This document shows positions 34,139 through 45,555 of a DNA stretch of 64,000 nt, in pieces. How positions within the stretch are numbered: position 1 is the first letter of the stretch; each line of letters opens with the position of its first letter. A model generated the notes under the pieces. The model worked only from the letters and a program-made list of their open reading frames with translations. It made no database searches and was not told the origin of the DNA. The stretch covers positions 1,632,894-1,696,893 of the forward strand of contig JAYQLI010000035.1 of assembly GCA_038143065.1 (NCBI GenBank). Reading direction: 5' to 3'. The translations under genes and the position numbers were made by a program. Source of the stretch: Rhodospirillales bacterium (GTDB taxonomy: Bacteria; Pseudomonadota; Alphaproteobacteria; Bin95).

Positions 34139-35275
34139 ATGGCAGGCAACAGTTTTGGGGACGCATTTCGATTTACCTCGTGGGGAGAAAGCCACGGACC
34201 AGCTATTGGCTGTGTGATAGATGGTTGCCCTCCCGGCATACAGTTGGATGCTGCCACTGATCTGCAGCCCTTCCTTGACAAGCGTCGTCCAGGAACCTCT
34301 CGCTTTGTAACTCAAAGACGCGAACCCGATGAGGCAAAAATCCTCTCAGGTGTATTCGAAGGACGAACGACAGGCACCCCCATCGCTGTTGTGATAGAAA
34401 ATACCGACCAGCGATCTCGTGATTATTCTGACATAGCAAGACAATACCGGCCTGGTCATGCTGACTTTGCTTATGACGCAAAGTATGGAGTTGGAACCCG
34501 CGACTATCGCGGTGGGGGACGTTCCTCTGCAAGAGAAACCGCTATGCGGGTTGCTGCAGGCGCTGTAGCCCGGAAGGCACTAAGCTCTATTCTTGGTTCT
34601 ACATTCTCAATTAGAGGTTCAGTGGTCCAAATTGGGTCAGATCAGATTGATCGCGCCAACTGGGATTGGAATGGAACTGATAATAATCCTTTCTTTTGCC
34701 CAGATGCCGATGCAGCTAAGCGATGGAAAACATTAGTAGATTCTGCCCGAAAAGATGGATCATCCTTAGGAGCAATCCTGGAGGTGGTTGCTGAAGGAAT
34801 TCCTGCCGGCCTTGGCGAACCCATATATGGGAAACTCGACAGTGATGTTGCTGCGGCACTTATGAGCATCAACGCGGTAAAAGGAGTTGAGATTGGTGAT
34901 GGTTTTGCATCTGCTGCTCAGCGTGGCGAGGAAGCTCATGACGCTATGCGCCCATCCAATACTGGCGGCGTGGTGTTTGAAACGAATCACGCGGGTGGGG
35001 TACTAGGCGGTATTTCAACTGGCCAGCCTCTGATTGCCCGCTTCGCAGTAAAACCTACGAGCTCAATTCTAATTCCTCGGCCCAGTGTTGATGCGGACGG
35101 AAAAGCGATTGAAGTAAGAACCAAAGGGCGCCATGACCCATGCGTAGGTATTCGGGCAGCACCTATTGGTGAAGCAATGGTAGCGGTAGTCTTACTCGAC
35201 CATTTAATTCGACAAAGAGGGCTTCGAGGTTCCGAATGGCTAGTTGACAACTCTAAAACCCAGATGGGTTTGTGA
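34139..35275 (+). CDS. aroC: Chorismate synthase
   Basis: [48 protein letters not shown]. Confidence 0.97.
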   Translation: MAGNSFGDAFRFTSWGESHGPAIGCVIDGCPPGIQLDAATDLQPFLDKRRPGTSRFVTQRREPDEAKILSGVFEGRTTGTPIAVVIENTDQRSRDYSDIARQYRPGHADFAYDAKYGVGTRDYRGGGRSSARETAMRVAAGAVARKALSSILGSTFSIRGSVVQIGSDQIDRANWDWNGTDNNPFFCPDADAAKRWKTLVDSARKDGSSLGAILEVVAEGIPAGLGEPIYGKLDSDVAAALMSINAVKGVEIGDGFASAAQRGEEAHDAMRPSNTGGVVFETNHAGGVLGGISTGQPLIARFAVKPTSSILIPRPSVDADGKAIEVRTKGRHDPCVGIRAAPIGEAMVAVVLLDHLIRQRGLRGSEWLVDNSKTQMGL

Positions 35276-35297
35276 TGCAAAATGCGGAATGGAGCCA

Positions 35298-36914
35298 ATG
35301 ACGCTCAATTTCGAGGGTCACACAACCACTAGCGTTTTTGACGAGGCTGCAGAACGCTGGCCAGACAATGAACTCTTTGCACTTCCAAGCGATCCAACGC
35401 GTCCATATTACCCCGAAGGCTATAGCGTTTCATTTGTCGGAGCTAAATGCAACGTCGATCAATACAAAGCGGCCCTATCAGATGCAGGATATGGGAATGG
35501 ACACCGAATAACCTGCTTACTTGCAAATCGACCTGAAATTATGTGGTTGAAACTCGCGATGAATGGCATTGGTGTCTCGTGGGTACCCATCAATCCTGAC
35601 TATCGACCATCTGAGCTCGCTTATGTCCTAGCTGATTCTGCCGCCGATCTTATTGTCATCGGCAGAGAATTTATTGATCTCGCACAAGCAGCTTTAGAGC
35701 AACTTGACAAAGCTCCACCCATCCTTGTGTTAGGCGAGAAATTTAGGCCGCCGTCGCCTAACCGCCCTGCACCACTGAGTGGGATGCCAACCCCAAAAGG
35801 AGAAGCCAGTCTTCTCTATACCTCCGGGACCACTGGTCGACCTAAAGGATGCATTCTCTCTCACGAGTATGAACTAAGCGTCGGCCACTGGTATGCTGAG
35901 ATAGGCGGACAGTTAAACATTCGAGAGGGCGAGGAACGCGTTTATAATCCCCTGCCTCTTTTTCACTTAAATGCGGCCATTGTTCTGTTCTTTGGAATGG
36001 TTCTAACAGGGAATTGTCATATCTCAACGGCTCGTTTTAGTCGCTCCCGCTGGTGGGATGAAATTTCTGAAACTAGGGCGACTGGCTGTCATTACCTTGG
36101 CATTGTGGTGCCTTCTTTAATGAACGACCCACCCTCACAAAATGACCAGAGGCATGGTTTGCGATGGGCGGCTGGCGCTGGAGTAGAACCGTCTCTGCAT
36201 CGCCCTTTTGAAGAGCGATTTGGCTTTCCACTAATAGAGATTTGGGGAATGACAGAGTTCTGCCGAATATTGGCAGACGCCCATGAACCAAGGAGTATCG
36301 ATACTCGCGCAATGGGTCGCCCCAGACCAGGGTTCGACGCACGCGTAGTTGATGAGGACGACAAAGATGTTCCATTTGGCACCCCTGGAGAAATGATCGT
36401 CCGTCACTCTGAAGAAACTCCGCGCCGCCATGCATTTTCTGGCTATCTGAATCTCCCAGAGGAAACTGAGAAAGCCTGGCGTGGCGGCTGGTTTCATACT
36501 GGGGATACAGTTACCCAGGACGAGACCGGGATGCTTTATTTTGTGGACCGCAAAAAGAATATTATTCGTCGCTCAGGCGAAAATATTGCGGCAGCCGAAA
36601 TCGAGGCATGCTTACAGCCGTTGCCAGAAGTAGACGCAATTGCCGTTATGCCAATTGAGGATGAACTTCGGGACGAAGAGGTACTGGCTTGCATTGTTGC
36701 AAATGGAACAGCAGACAATGCCCTGGCATGAAAGTTATTCGAGCACTGCTTCGAACATCTAGCCTATTTTAAGGCGCCTGGCTGGATACTTTTCCTGGAC
36801 GAAATTCCTGTAACGGGCACCCAGAAAATACAGAAGCACATGATCTTCCAAGAGGGCGAAGACCCGCGCCAACACCCTCACATTCACGATTTTAGAAATC
36901 TCAAACGGCGCTAA
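35298..36914 (+). CDS. AMP-dependent CoA ligase (CaiC crotonobetaine/carnitine-CoA ligase-like); in-frame TGA at 36729-36731
   Basis: LYTSGTTGRPKG, PLFH, WGMTE, WFHTGD, DRKKNIIRRSGENI; same frame continues ...LAYFKAPGW...PVTGTQKIQK to TAA at 36914. Confidence 0.88.
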
Positions 36915-36949
36915 TTAACGAATATAGCTTACGACTCAGAACCTTCTTT

Positions 36950-38548
36950 TTAAGAAAAGACGATGTGACGATACCCATCTTCTTTAACTTTATCGCAAAA
37001 TTCTCGGTACGCTGGATGACCACCACTATACCGCATGATCCTGGGCTTGCGTTTGTGAGCCAGGTTCCTGTTGACGCCAGTCATCCAAGAACCGATCTCA
37101 TTCATCAGGAGACCTTCCCCAAGGGAAAGCACGTGGTTGGTCCATTCATCCATCGCAAGTTCACTAGTTTGAACATTACGTTTATTGTTTTGAACGGCGT
37201 GTGAAATTAAATCACTTACCCATTCCACGCTGTACTCTGCAGTCCTCGTATAATTGCCCAAACCGCTGTGCGGACCCATACAAATGAACATATTAGGGAA
37301 ATCAGCAACGAGCACGCCTAGGTATGTGACAGGACCATCATCCCATAATTCACGCAATTCCTTACCATTGATGCCCTTGATATCGATGCGCTCAAAAGCA
37401 CCAGTAATTGCGTCGAAACCAGTAGCGTAAATAATTATATCTAACTCTATATCACCTTCTTTTGTTCGTATCCCTTCTGGGATGATCTCTAAAATTGGGT
37501 TTTCATTGATATCGATTAGCTGAACGTTTTCTTTATTGTATGTCTCGTAGTACCGCGTTTCCTGAGGTACTCGGCGCGTCCCAAATCCATGATCTTTGGG
37601 GATTAATTTTTCCGCAATAATTGGATCATTGACGCGACCACGTATTTTTTCTGCTAGGAACTCGCTCATCATAGTGTTGGCTGTTCGATCCGTGAGCATG
37701 TCCTTAAAGTTACCTTGCCAAATTCCAAAGCCGGGCTCCGCGTAGAGCTTCTCCCAAAAAGCTATTCGTTCCTCATCGGTAACTTCAAAGGTTGAACGGG
37801 GGTCAGTGGAATGGATGTAACATCCAGGTGTTTGTGTACACAGTTCCAAAATTTCGTCGTAATTCTTTTTAATTTGCTCCATCCGATCCTTTGGGATCTT
37901 TTTGTTGTGCAATGGAGTGCACCAATTCGGAGTACGCTGAAAAACAGTCAAATTGCCAACAATCTTTGCAATCTCTGGAATGATTTGGACAGCCGTAGCA
38001 CCAGTTCCAATGATGCCAACCCTTTTTCCAGTTAAATCAACTTCAGACTGAGGCCATTTATGGGTGTGGTAGGAAATTCCTTTGTATGTATCTACGCCAG
38101 GAATGTCAGGCATTACTGCTGCGGAGAGGATCCCAACTGCGGGAACAAAGAAACGACAAGTATATTGTTTGCCGTCCTCCGTAGTTAGGTTCCAGAGGCT
38201 CTCTTTTTCATCAAAGTGAGCGCTTTTGACCATTGTGTTGAAGTCTATGGAGGACATCAGATCGAACTTGTCTGCGACATAATTCAAATATTTTTCGGTT
38301 TCAGGCTGAGGAGAAAAGTCTTCCGTCCAGTCCCACTCTTCTAAAAGCTCCTTCGAGAAAGAATAGCCGTAGGTCCAGCTTTCAGAGTCAAACCTGGCCC
38401 CTGGATATCGGTTCCAATACCAAGTGCCGCCAATCTTAGGAGCGGCCTATAGGCATCTGCCCTTGAGGCCCATTTCTTTGACTTTGTGTATCTGATACAA
38501 GCCAGCTACACCGGCGCCCACGATTATTACATCATATTCAGTAGACAT
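36950..38548 (-). CDS. Baeyer-Villiger monooxygenase (cyclohexanone monooxygenase family); in-frame TAG at 38447-38449
   Basis: ATG 38548 gives DVIIVGAGVAG, GGTWYWNRYPGARFDSES, Y.G..YHT..WP fingerprint, GTGATAVQ, ATGFDA. Confidence 0.9.
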
Positions 38549-38717
38549 TTTCTGAACTTTTCTCTCTCGAACATAACGAAAATTGGTGTTTCAAACTTAA
38601 TGTTAGGTAAACCCTATTGTGGGTTCAAGGGCAGCACATTGAGTGGCAGCCCCATCAATATGAGCTATGACCATATTCAGCAGGCTTGAAATTATACAAT
38701 TCCTGATTGGAAAAGTG

Positions 38718-39980
38718 TTAATGCGCGACAGCCGCTGCCCCATGCTCGTCAATCAGATATCCTGTTTCAAAGCGACTTAAGGTAAATGGAGCATTGATTT
38801 GGTGCGGCTCACCATTTGCGATCGTATGAGCTAAAGTCCAGCCAGATGAGGGGGTCGCCTTAAAGCCTCCAGTTCCCCATCCACAATTGATGAAAAGGCC
38901 TGGTACCGGCGTCAAACCGATAATTGGTGATGCGTCAGGACAAACATCTACAATGCCTGCCCAAGTTCGAAGAACACGAACGCTACTGAACATTGGGAAG
39001 AGCTCGCAGGCCGCCGCCATTTGTTCTTCAATAATGTGGAGGGCTCCACGCTGCGTGTACGAAGTGTAGGGATCAATCCCCGCCCCCAAAACTAGCTCGC
39101 CCTTATCCGACTGGCTTACGTAAACATGAACCTGGTTGGACATCACAACGCAATCAAGCACTGGTCTCAGAGGTTCCGATACAAGGGCTTGCAATGGATG
39201 ACTTTCAATAGGCAGCCTAAATCCAGCCATCTCCGCAAGAACACTCGAATGGCCGGCAGTTACAAGCGCTCCCTTCTTTGCTCGAATAGTTCCACGGGTA
39301 GTTTCAACCCCCTCAAAAGACCCATCCGCTCTGCGCAAAATACTAGTCACTTCAGCATTTTCGATAATATCGACACCTAGCCGGTCTGCAGCTCTTGCAT
39401 AACCCCAGACGACCGCGTCGTGCCGCGCAGTACCTCCGCGACGCTGCAATGTCGCTCCAAGAACTGGCCATCTTTTTTCAGATGAAATATCAATGAGGGG
39501 GCAGAACGCTTTCACACCATCTGCATCGAGCCACTCTGCATCTATGCCGTTAAGATTATTAGCGTTAACGCGTCTCACACTCTCACGGACGTCATGCAAA
39601 GTGTGCGCTAAATTGAGCACGCCGCGCTGACTGAACATAACGTTCACATTCAAGTCTTGGGACAAACCTTCCCAGAGCTTTAAACCATGCTCGTAAATGG
39701 CTGCACTTTCATCCCAAAGGTAATTTGATCGAACAATTGTGGTATTTCGACCAGCGTTGCCCCCGCCAATCCAACCTTTTTCAACTACCGCTACATTTGT
39801 GATGCCGTGCAACTTTGCGAGGTAATACGCCGTCGCGAGACCGTGCCCGCCGCCACCTACAATGATTACATCATAGTAAGACTTTGGCTCGGGGTTTCGG
39901 CGCCAAGGCTTCCACCCCTTATTCCCGCCCAGCGCTTCACGAAGAATACGCCAGGCTGAAAAACGATCGTCCTGCATCAA
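38718..39980 (-). CDS. soxB: Sarcosine oxidase subunit beta family protein
   Basis: [53 protein letters not shown]-terminal HGAAAVAH. Confidence 0.92.
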   Translation of the reverse strand: MMQDDRFSAWRILREALGGNKGWKPWRRNPEPKSYYDVIIVGGGGHGLATAYYLAKLHGITNVAVVEKGWIGGGNAGRNTTIVRSNYLWDESAAIYEHGLKLWEGLSQDLNVNVMFSQRGVLNLAHTLHDVRESVRRVNANNLNGIDAEWLDADGVKAFCPLIDISSEKRWPVLGATLQRRGGTARHDAVVWGYARAADRLGVDIIENAEVTSILRRADGSFEGVETTRGTIRAKKGALVTAGHSSVLAEMAGFRLPIESHPLQALVSEPLRPVLDCVVMSNQVHVYVSQSDKGELVLGAGIDPYTSYTQRGALHIIEEQMAAACELFPMFSSVRVLRTWAGIVDVCPDASPIIGLTPVPGLFINCGWGTGGFKATPSSGWTLAHTIANGEPHQINAPFTLSRFETGYLIDEHGAAAVAH

Positions 39981-39990
39981 CGAAGATTAA

Positions 39991-41289
39991 TCAGTGATAA
40001 ACCAACGTCGGAAGCCATGTTGCGATTGATGGCGCGGCGATCAGAATGAGGATCATTGCCAACATAGCAACAACGAATGGTGTTGCACCTAGAGCGACGT
40101 CGTTGAACTTACCACCGCGATCTCGAATACCTTGTACGACATACAGATTAACACCGATTGGAGGCGTAATGAGTGCCGCTTCCATCAAAATCGTGATGAG
40201 AATTCCAAACCAAACATCCGAAAACTCTGGAACACCAAGTGCCATAACAATTGGGAACACCACCGGAATCGTCGTCAGCATCATCGACAGCGTTTCCATG
40301 AACATGCCGAGAAGCAAATAGAAAAAGACGATGAGCAATATTGTCTGGATAGGTGTAAGGCCTAGCTCGGCGATAAAGTTAAGCATCGCTTGTGTGATGC
40401 CCATAAAGCCCAACACAAAATTCAAGAAAATAGCAGCAAAGACGATAATCATAATCATCGCCGTAGTACGCATGGTTCCCTCGAATGCTTCTAGAAGCAT
40501 TTTGACGTTCAGTGACTTAAAATAGGCTGCGATGAGCAGTGACATCACCACGCCGATTGAGGCTGCTTCTGTTGGCGTAGCAACACCAGCATAAATCGAT
40601 CCAACTACGGCAGAAAACAACACAATTGGAGGAAGAAGGGCTGGCAACGTGCTGATCCGCTGGCCCCAACTCGTCTGAACCTTCTCGCCGCCCCAATCTT
40701 TTCTGTAAAGGCACGCAATGGCAATAACACCCATAAATAGAAGTGCTAAAATTATGCCAGGGATGATGCCTGCGAGATAAAGCTCTGGGACAGATGTATC
40801 GGTCAGCAGACCGTAAAGGATCATGTTAATCGATGGAGGCACTAAGATACCCAAAGTACCGCCGGCGGCGAGCGACCCTAAGAATAGGCTCTCGTTGTAT
40901 TTGCGTTTCTCAATTTCTGGATAAGCCACGGTTCCAACTGTTGCTGCCGTTGCCACACTAGATCCAGAGGAAGCAGCAAAGATGGTGCAAGAGCCAATGT
41001 TAGCGTGCATGAGACCGCCAGGTAGCCAAGACAGCCATTGGATGACTGCACCGTACATACGGCGTGCAATCCCAGCGCGAAGCATAATCTCTCCAAGCAG
41101 GATAAACATTGGAACAGCAACAAGGATAAATTCCTTTGATTTATCCCAAACAATTTCACCTATGCCGAGCGTTAAACGCCCATCCATAGCGATCTCGTCC
41201 AGTACAAAGCTGAGGATGCCCAGCACCGCCGCTACAGGGACAGCGGCGACAACTAAAATCAAAAGTCCGATCAGGATCCACGCAACCAT
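39991..41289 (-). CDS. dctM: TRAP transporter large permease
   Basis: LVAVPMFIL, SGSSVATAAT, AAGGTLGILVPPS, TPTEAA, ITPPIGVNL. Confidence 0.93.
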   Translation of the reverse strand: MVAWILIGLLILVVAAVPVAAVLGILSFVLDEIAMDGRLTLGIGEIVWDKSKEFILVAVPMFILLGEIMLRAGIARRMYGAVIQWLSWLPGGLMHANIGSCTIFAASSGSSVATAATVGTVAYPEIEKRKYNESLFLGSLAAGGTLGILVPPSINMILYGLLTDTSVPELYLAGIIPGIILALLFMGVIAIACLYRKDWGGEKVQTSWGQRISTLPALLPPIVLFSAVVGSIYAGVATPTEAASIGVVMSLLIAAYFKSLNVKMLLEAFEGTMRTTAMIMIIVFAAIFLNFVLGFMGITQAMLNFIAELGLTPIQTILLIVFFYLLLGMFMETLSMMLTTIPVVFPIVMALGVPEFSDVWFGILITILMEAALITPPIGVNLYVVQGIRDRGGKFNDVALGATPFVVAMLAMILILIAAPSIATWLPTLVYH

Positions 41290-41292
41290 CGA

Positions 41293-41895
41293 TCAGGCTC
41301 CCTTCGCCTTGCTGGCTTCCATTACATCGATACCAGCAGTTTCTTCCTCAACCACTTCATCGATTGATGGAACACCGGCAATCTTGCGAACTAAATCAAA
41401 ATTTCTTTGGAGAAGCGCCACAAGCGCATAGAGGGTAACGAAAATCAAAACACAGAAGAATACGACCAGCCCCATCGCCCAGAAAAATTGCGGTATCCAT
41501 TGAGGAGTTTCAAGCGTCGTAATCGATACGGAACCCAACTCCCAGCTTTCAAGAAAAGCAAGAACTGCAGTCGAGGTCATGAACCACATGTAATAAAGGA
41601 GTAAGGCCAACCCCACTACGTCCAACGTCGCAGATACTGGCCGCGGAAGTAAATTATAAAGCGCATCAATTCTCACATTTGATCGATGCATCAGGGTGTA
41701 GGAATAGGCCCACGTAGTCGAAGCGGCAAATACGTATCCAGAAATTTCGTCCGATCCACTCATGGTAATACCGAGAAATTTCCGACAAAGAACGTCGATT
41801 GTCACAATAACCGCAGCTACCATCAGTGCGGCACCGCCAGCCCAAACCAGCCAACGAGAGAGTGTTTCCAATCTAGCGTGTATTGCTGCCATCAT
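41293..41895 (-). CDS. dctQ: TRAP transporter small permease
   Basis: Four TM helices, DV..R, DEI, NVRID; lies between dctP and dctM. Confidence 0.9.
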   Translation of the reverse strand: MMAAIHARLETLSRWLVWAGGAALMVAAVIVTIDVLCRKFLGITMSGSDEISGYVFAASTTWAYSYTLMHRSNVRIDALYNLLPRPVSATLDVVGLALLLYYMWFMTSTAVLAFLESWELGSVSITTLETPQWIPQFFWAMGLVVFFCVLIFVTLYALVALLQRNFDLVRKIAGVPSIDEVVEEETAGIDVMEASKAKGA

Positions 41896-41943
41896 CGCTT
41901 GAGCCCTCCAGGCTTAAACCAAAAAACTGCTACTTTATAGGAA

Positions 41944-41978
41944 GGGGGCGCCGCGCACTTTGAGGACGCGGCGCCCCC
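41944..41978 (-). terminator. GC-rich hairpin after dctP (mRNA-stabilising or attenuating stem-loop)
   Basis: Perfect 12-bp inverted repeat GGGGGCGCCGCG (41944-41955) / CGCGGCGCCCCC (41967-41978) with an 11-nt loop; only a weak U-tract follows. Confidence 0.7.
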
Positions 41979-42014
41979 AGTCTCATAAAGTGACAAATCT
42001 GAACAGTAAGCTAC

Positions 42015-43088
42015 TTACTTAAGCTTAGCTGTCAGGCCTGCCATCTTACCAAGGGTCGCATTCCACTCATCGACGCACTTCTGGGTTCCGCAACGCTTCG
42101 CCCAACGTGCAACAACGACGTTCTCAACAACATCCTTGAGCTTATCTTTGTCAGCACCCTTGATCTCGATTGGGGTCATGTTGCCTGGCTTGCCAAGATC
42201 ACAAGGACCTTGAGCATTACAGTCCATGCCCCGCTGATCGTTAACGCGGGTTGCCTTCCACATTGCATCGTAAAGAGGTGACATTTGGTCGGACATAAGC
42301 TTCTGCCCCTCAGCCCCAAGGCTATTCCAAGCTTTGTTGTTCATAGCCAAGAATGAGGATGCATATCCGAGACGAACCCGAATGTTGTGGGTAACAACCT
42401 GCCACCACTTTGCATTGTAGGCAGGCAACGTGCCTGTCACGCCGCAGTCGGCGACACCCTTTTGAAGGGCAGGTACAACTTCCGCAAACGCGATGGTTAC
42501 AGCTGAACCACCAACGCCCTCGATGACATCACCAAGAGTGGTTGAATAGGTGCGGATTTTCTTACCCTTGAGGTCAGCAAGCGACACATTGGTGTTGCTG
42601 CGGTCGCCCAAGTTGCACCAGAATTGCTGACTTGGCCATGCATACAAGAGGAGAAGCTTTGAATTGTATTTCTCATTGAACTCACGAGCGATAATAGGCT
42701 CATAAGCGTTCAGAGCCTTCTCATAAGTTGCTACGTCCTGGAATACGCCTGCAAGGTCAGCGCCCTCAATTGCGGGCGAGTCCTGAGCGACATAACCCGT
42801 AACACCGTGAACGGCGTCATATGTGCCAATTTTGAGAAGCTTCATAATTTCGAAACCAGACAAACCAACTTCGGTTTGAGACTTCGCATTAGCGGTGTAC
42901 TTACCGCCAGAAACCTTTGGAAGGGTCTCATTCCAGAAAGGGCCTTCACGCTCTTTCCAGTGATCAAGGAAGCCCCAGGTACCAACGACCGTGAACTTCT
43001 TTGCCTTTAATTCGGCTTGGGCAGCGCCCCCACCGACGGCGAGGCCGAGTGCAACAGCACCTGCCATAGCCAGTTTTAATGCTTTCAT
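42015..43088 (-). CDS. dctP: TRAP transporter substrate-binding protein
   Basis: Signal peptide, DLKGKKIR, FAEVVPALQKGVADC; RBS CAGGAG. Confidence 0.92.
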   Translation of the reverse strand: MKALKLAMAGAVALGLAVGGGAAQAELKAKKFTVVGTWGFLDHWKEREGPFWNETLPKVSGGKYTANAKSQTEVGLSGFEIMKLLKIGTYDAVHGVTGYVAQDSPAIEGADLAGVFQDVATYEKALNAYEPIIAREFNEKYNSKLLLLYAWPSQQFWCNLGDRSNTNVSLADLKGKKIRTYSTTLGDVIEGVGGSAVTIAFAEVVPALQKGVADCGVTGTLPAYNAKWWQVVTHNIRVRLGYASSFLAMNNKAWNSLGAEGQKLMSDQMSPLYDAMWKATRVNDQRGMDCNAQGPCDLGKPGNMTPIEIKGADKDKLKDVVENVVVARWAKRCGTQKCVDEWNATLGKMAGLTAKLK

Positions 43089-43171
43089 AAAAAATCTCCT
43101 GTTCTACTAACGGACTATGTTATAGCCCAAACAAACGCGTTTTTCCAAGGAGTTAACCTTTAGAACGCCTC

Positions 43172-44007
43172 TTACGCAGACCAGCGCATGCTGACTGCAT
43201 CACTTAATCCGTCCCCAATCAGCATCGCACCGGGGGGTGTGTGATGCAAATAGGTGGACGGGCATTTTGCAGGACGAGCTGAGGAGTAACCCCGCAAGCC
43301 CAAAAAACAGGTACTTCACCTTCTCGAATTTCAACCGCATCACCCCAATCAGGTGCCATCACATCATTGATACCAATGGCACTTGGATCGCCAATGTGCA
43401 GTGGGGCTCCATGAGCAGCCTTGAAGCGTGATGTAATTTCAATAGCCTTCAATGCGTCTGATGGTTTCATAGGGCGCATTGAACATACTGTATTGCCAGT
43501 GAATGCGCCAACTGGCCGACATGGGATATTGGTAGCGTACATTGGGACAGTTGCCCCTGTCTCGATATGCCTGAGGCCAATGCCGGCTTTCATAAGGGCA
43601 TCCTCAAAACTAAAGGAACAGCCAAGCACAAATCCTACATAATCATCCTGCCAAAGGGCACTAATATCAGACACTGTCTCCGATAATTCACCATCTCTAT
43701 AAACATTGTAGCTTGGTGCATCCGTGCGAATATCAACATCATCACCCATGTCGGGAAGCATGGGATCACCAGGGGCAGTCATTGCCACTACAGGGCAGGG
43801 CTTTGGGTTTCGATGGCAGAAAATTGCAAATTCAAGGGCCAAATCCTTAGGCAAAACTGCCAAGTTTCCTTGCAGGCGGCCAAGTGCCATCCCAGCAGTA
43901 TGACTAGTATGGATCCCCGCACGGATCAGACGCCGTGCCGCTACAGGCGAAACGCTTGGGTCCTCTGCGCTGTGCTGCGACAATTGAATTGGCTTGGCGA
44001 CGCTCAT
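43172..44007 (-). CDS. DUF1445/D-glutamate-cyclase-like putative hydro-lyase; frameshift near 43232
   Basis: HTAGMA.G..Q.NL, FC.RNPKPCP, DIRTD.P.Y, GCSFSFE, SMRP, HGAP.HIG, PVFWACGVTPQ, ITH.PG.ML; G-run indel near 43232. Confidence 0.88.
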
Positions 44008-44110
44008 ATCGCTCCCTTATGCTATCTGCTTCGGAGTTAGAACGGATATTGCCGCGTACTCCAAAACAGTGCAACAGAAGCAACAACTTTTCTCACCGTG
44101 GAGATTAAAA

Positions 44111-45016
44111 ATGGGCGAGGCTATAGGTTTTATCGGCGTTGGCGCTATGGGTGGCCCCATGTGCAAACGCCTAATTGGTGCAGGTTATGAGGTAACTGCC
44201 TTCGACCCAAACTCTTCTGCTCTAGATGTGATTGTCGCGGCCGGCGCAAAGCGGGCGGGGAGCACAAGAGAGCTAGCTGACAGTGTGGAGGTTATCTTTG
44301 TAAGCCTTCCAACACCTCCAATCGTCAAGGCGGTAGCGGAGGAAGCTATGCAAGGCTCAAAATTGAAGCTTCTAATCGATCTATCGACAACTGGTCCTCG
44401 CGCCGCTCAAGACATTGGTGAGATGCTTAACTCAAACGGCGTGGAAATGCTGGACAGCCCCGTCTCTGGTGGGGTTGGAGGAGCTGAGAAAGGCACTCTA
44501 GCTGTAATGGTCTCTGGCCCGGAAGCTCACTGGGGAAAATGGAAACCTGCACTGCAAGCAATTGGCCACAATGCCTTCTTTGTCGGCGAAACGCAGGGGC
44601 ACGGTCAAATGATGAAATTGATCAACAACCTCCTGTCAGCTACAGCCATGGTCGCGAGCGCCGAGGCCTTTGCTCTCGGCGCAAAAGCAGGCCTGGATCC
44701 TGACGTAATGGTAAATGTAATTAATGCGGGTTCGGGCGCTAACACTGCCGTCCGAGATAAGTTTCCAAAGTCAGTTCTGACTAGAACCTTCGACTATGGA
44801 TTTCGAACAGAGCTTATGTACAAGGACGTCAAACTCTGTCTTGAAGAAGCTGAAGCAATGGGAACGCCGATGTGGGTTGGTCAACCCGTTAAGCAGTGGT
44901 GGTCCCTTGCTCTGGCGCGCGGTGGTGTTACAGAAGATTTTTCCAACATCATGCGATACGTTGAAGAGCAGGCAGGCGTAGAGGTTCGTACGCGCAAGAA
45001 CCATCCAAAACCCTGA
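44111..45016 (+). CDS. 3-hydroxyisobutyrate/2-hydroxy-3-oxopropionate dehydrogenase family NAD(P)-dependent oxidoreductase
   Basis: GFIGVGAMG, DSPVSGG..GA..GTL, KLINN, F...LMYKD. Confidence 0.9.
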   Translation: MGEAIGFIGVGAMGGPMCKRLIGAGYEVTAFDPNSSALDVIVAAGAKRAGSTRELADSVEVIFVSLPTPPIVKAVAEEAMQGSKLKLLIDLSTTGPRAAQDIGEMLNSNGVEMLDSPVSGGVGGAEKGTLAVMVSGPEAHWGKWKPALQAIGHNAFFVGETQGHGQMMKLINNLLSATAMVASAEAFALGAKAGLDPDVMVNVINAGSGANTAVRDKFPKSVLTRTFDYGFRTELMYKDVKLCLEEAEAMGTPMWVGQPVKQWWSLALARGGVTEDFSNIMRYVEEQAGVEVRTRKNHPKP

Positions 45017-45156
45017 ACCTAATTTTAAAACGCCCCACTGTCCTCTTCGATGCCAAATACATCACAATTGGATCAGCGGAGCTCTTTAAACTGTAACTGG
45101 AAAATACAGCGTCGCTGGCTTCGTGATGCTGAAATCTTAAAACTTGGAGACCCAAA

Positions 45157-45471
45157 ATGATTGTTGACGTGCGCTGCTACAGCATAACACCACGTAAGAT
45201 GAAAACTTACCTTGAGACCTTCGAAAAGTATGCATTGCCCGTTCAGGAAAGAGCAGGAATGAACTTGCTAGGCTATTTTGTTCATAGCGTCGGAAGCCTC
45301 AATAAAGTTACGCACCTATGGGGCTTCAACAGCCTGGCACATATGGAAGCAGTGAGAGCAAAACGTGACGCCGACCCTGCATGGGCCGAATATCTTGGAA
45401 AAACAGAGGGAATGGTGCAGGCGCAGGAAAACAGCATAACTACTCCAGCACCCTTCTCGCCTATTAAGTAA
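45157..45471 (+). CDS. NIPSNAP family protein
   Basis: R.Y, LLGYF...G.LN.V.HLW.F, DPAW, P.PFSP; RBS GGAG. Confidence 0.88.
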   Translation: MIVDVRCYSITPRKMKTYLETFEKYALPVQERAGMNLLGYFVHSVGSLNKVTHLWGFNSLAHMEAVRAKRDADPAWAEYLGKTEGMVQAQENSITTPAPFSPIK

Positions 45472-45555
45472 GCTGAGGGCCTCCACTCAAGACTTACTTG
45501 AACTCGGTAACGGGGATGCCTTCCAGTTACCATATGACTAGGAAGGCTACCTCCC

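Noticed and set aside
36729-36765. Possible Sec codon and SECIS in the CaiC-like ligase (TTCGA...TCGAA repeat after TGA)
   Set aside because: The position lies in a non-catalytic helix rather than a Cys-type site, the stem is short and bulged, and CGA/AGA to TGA error is simpler
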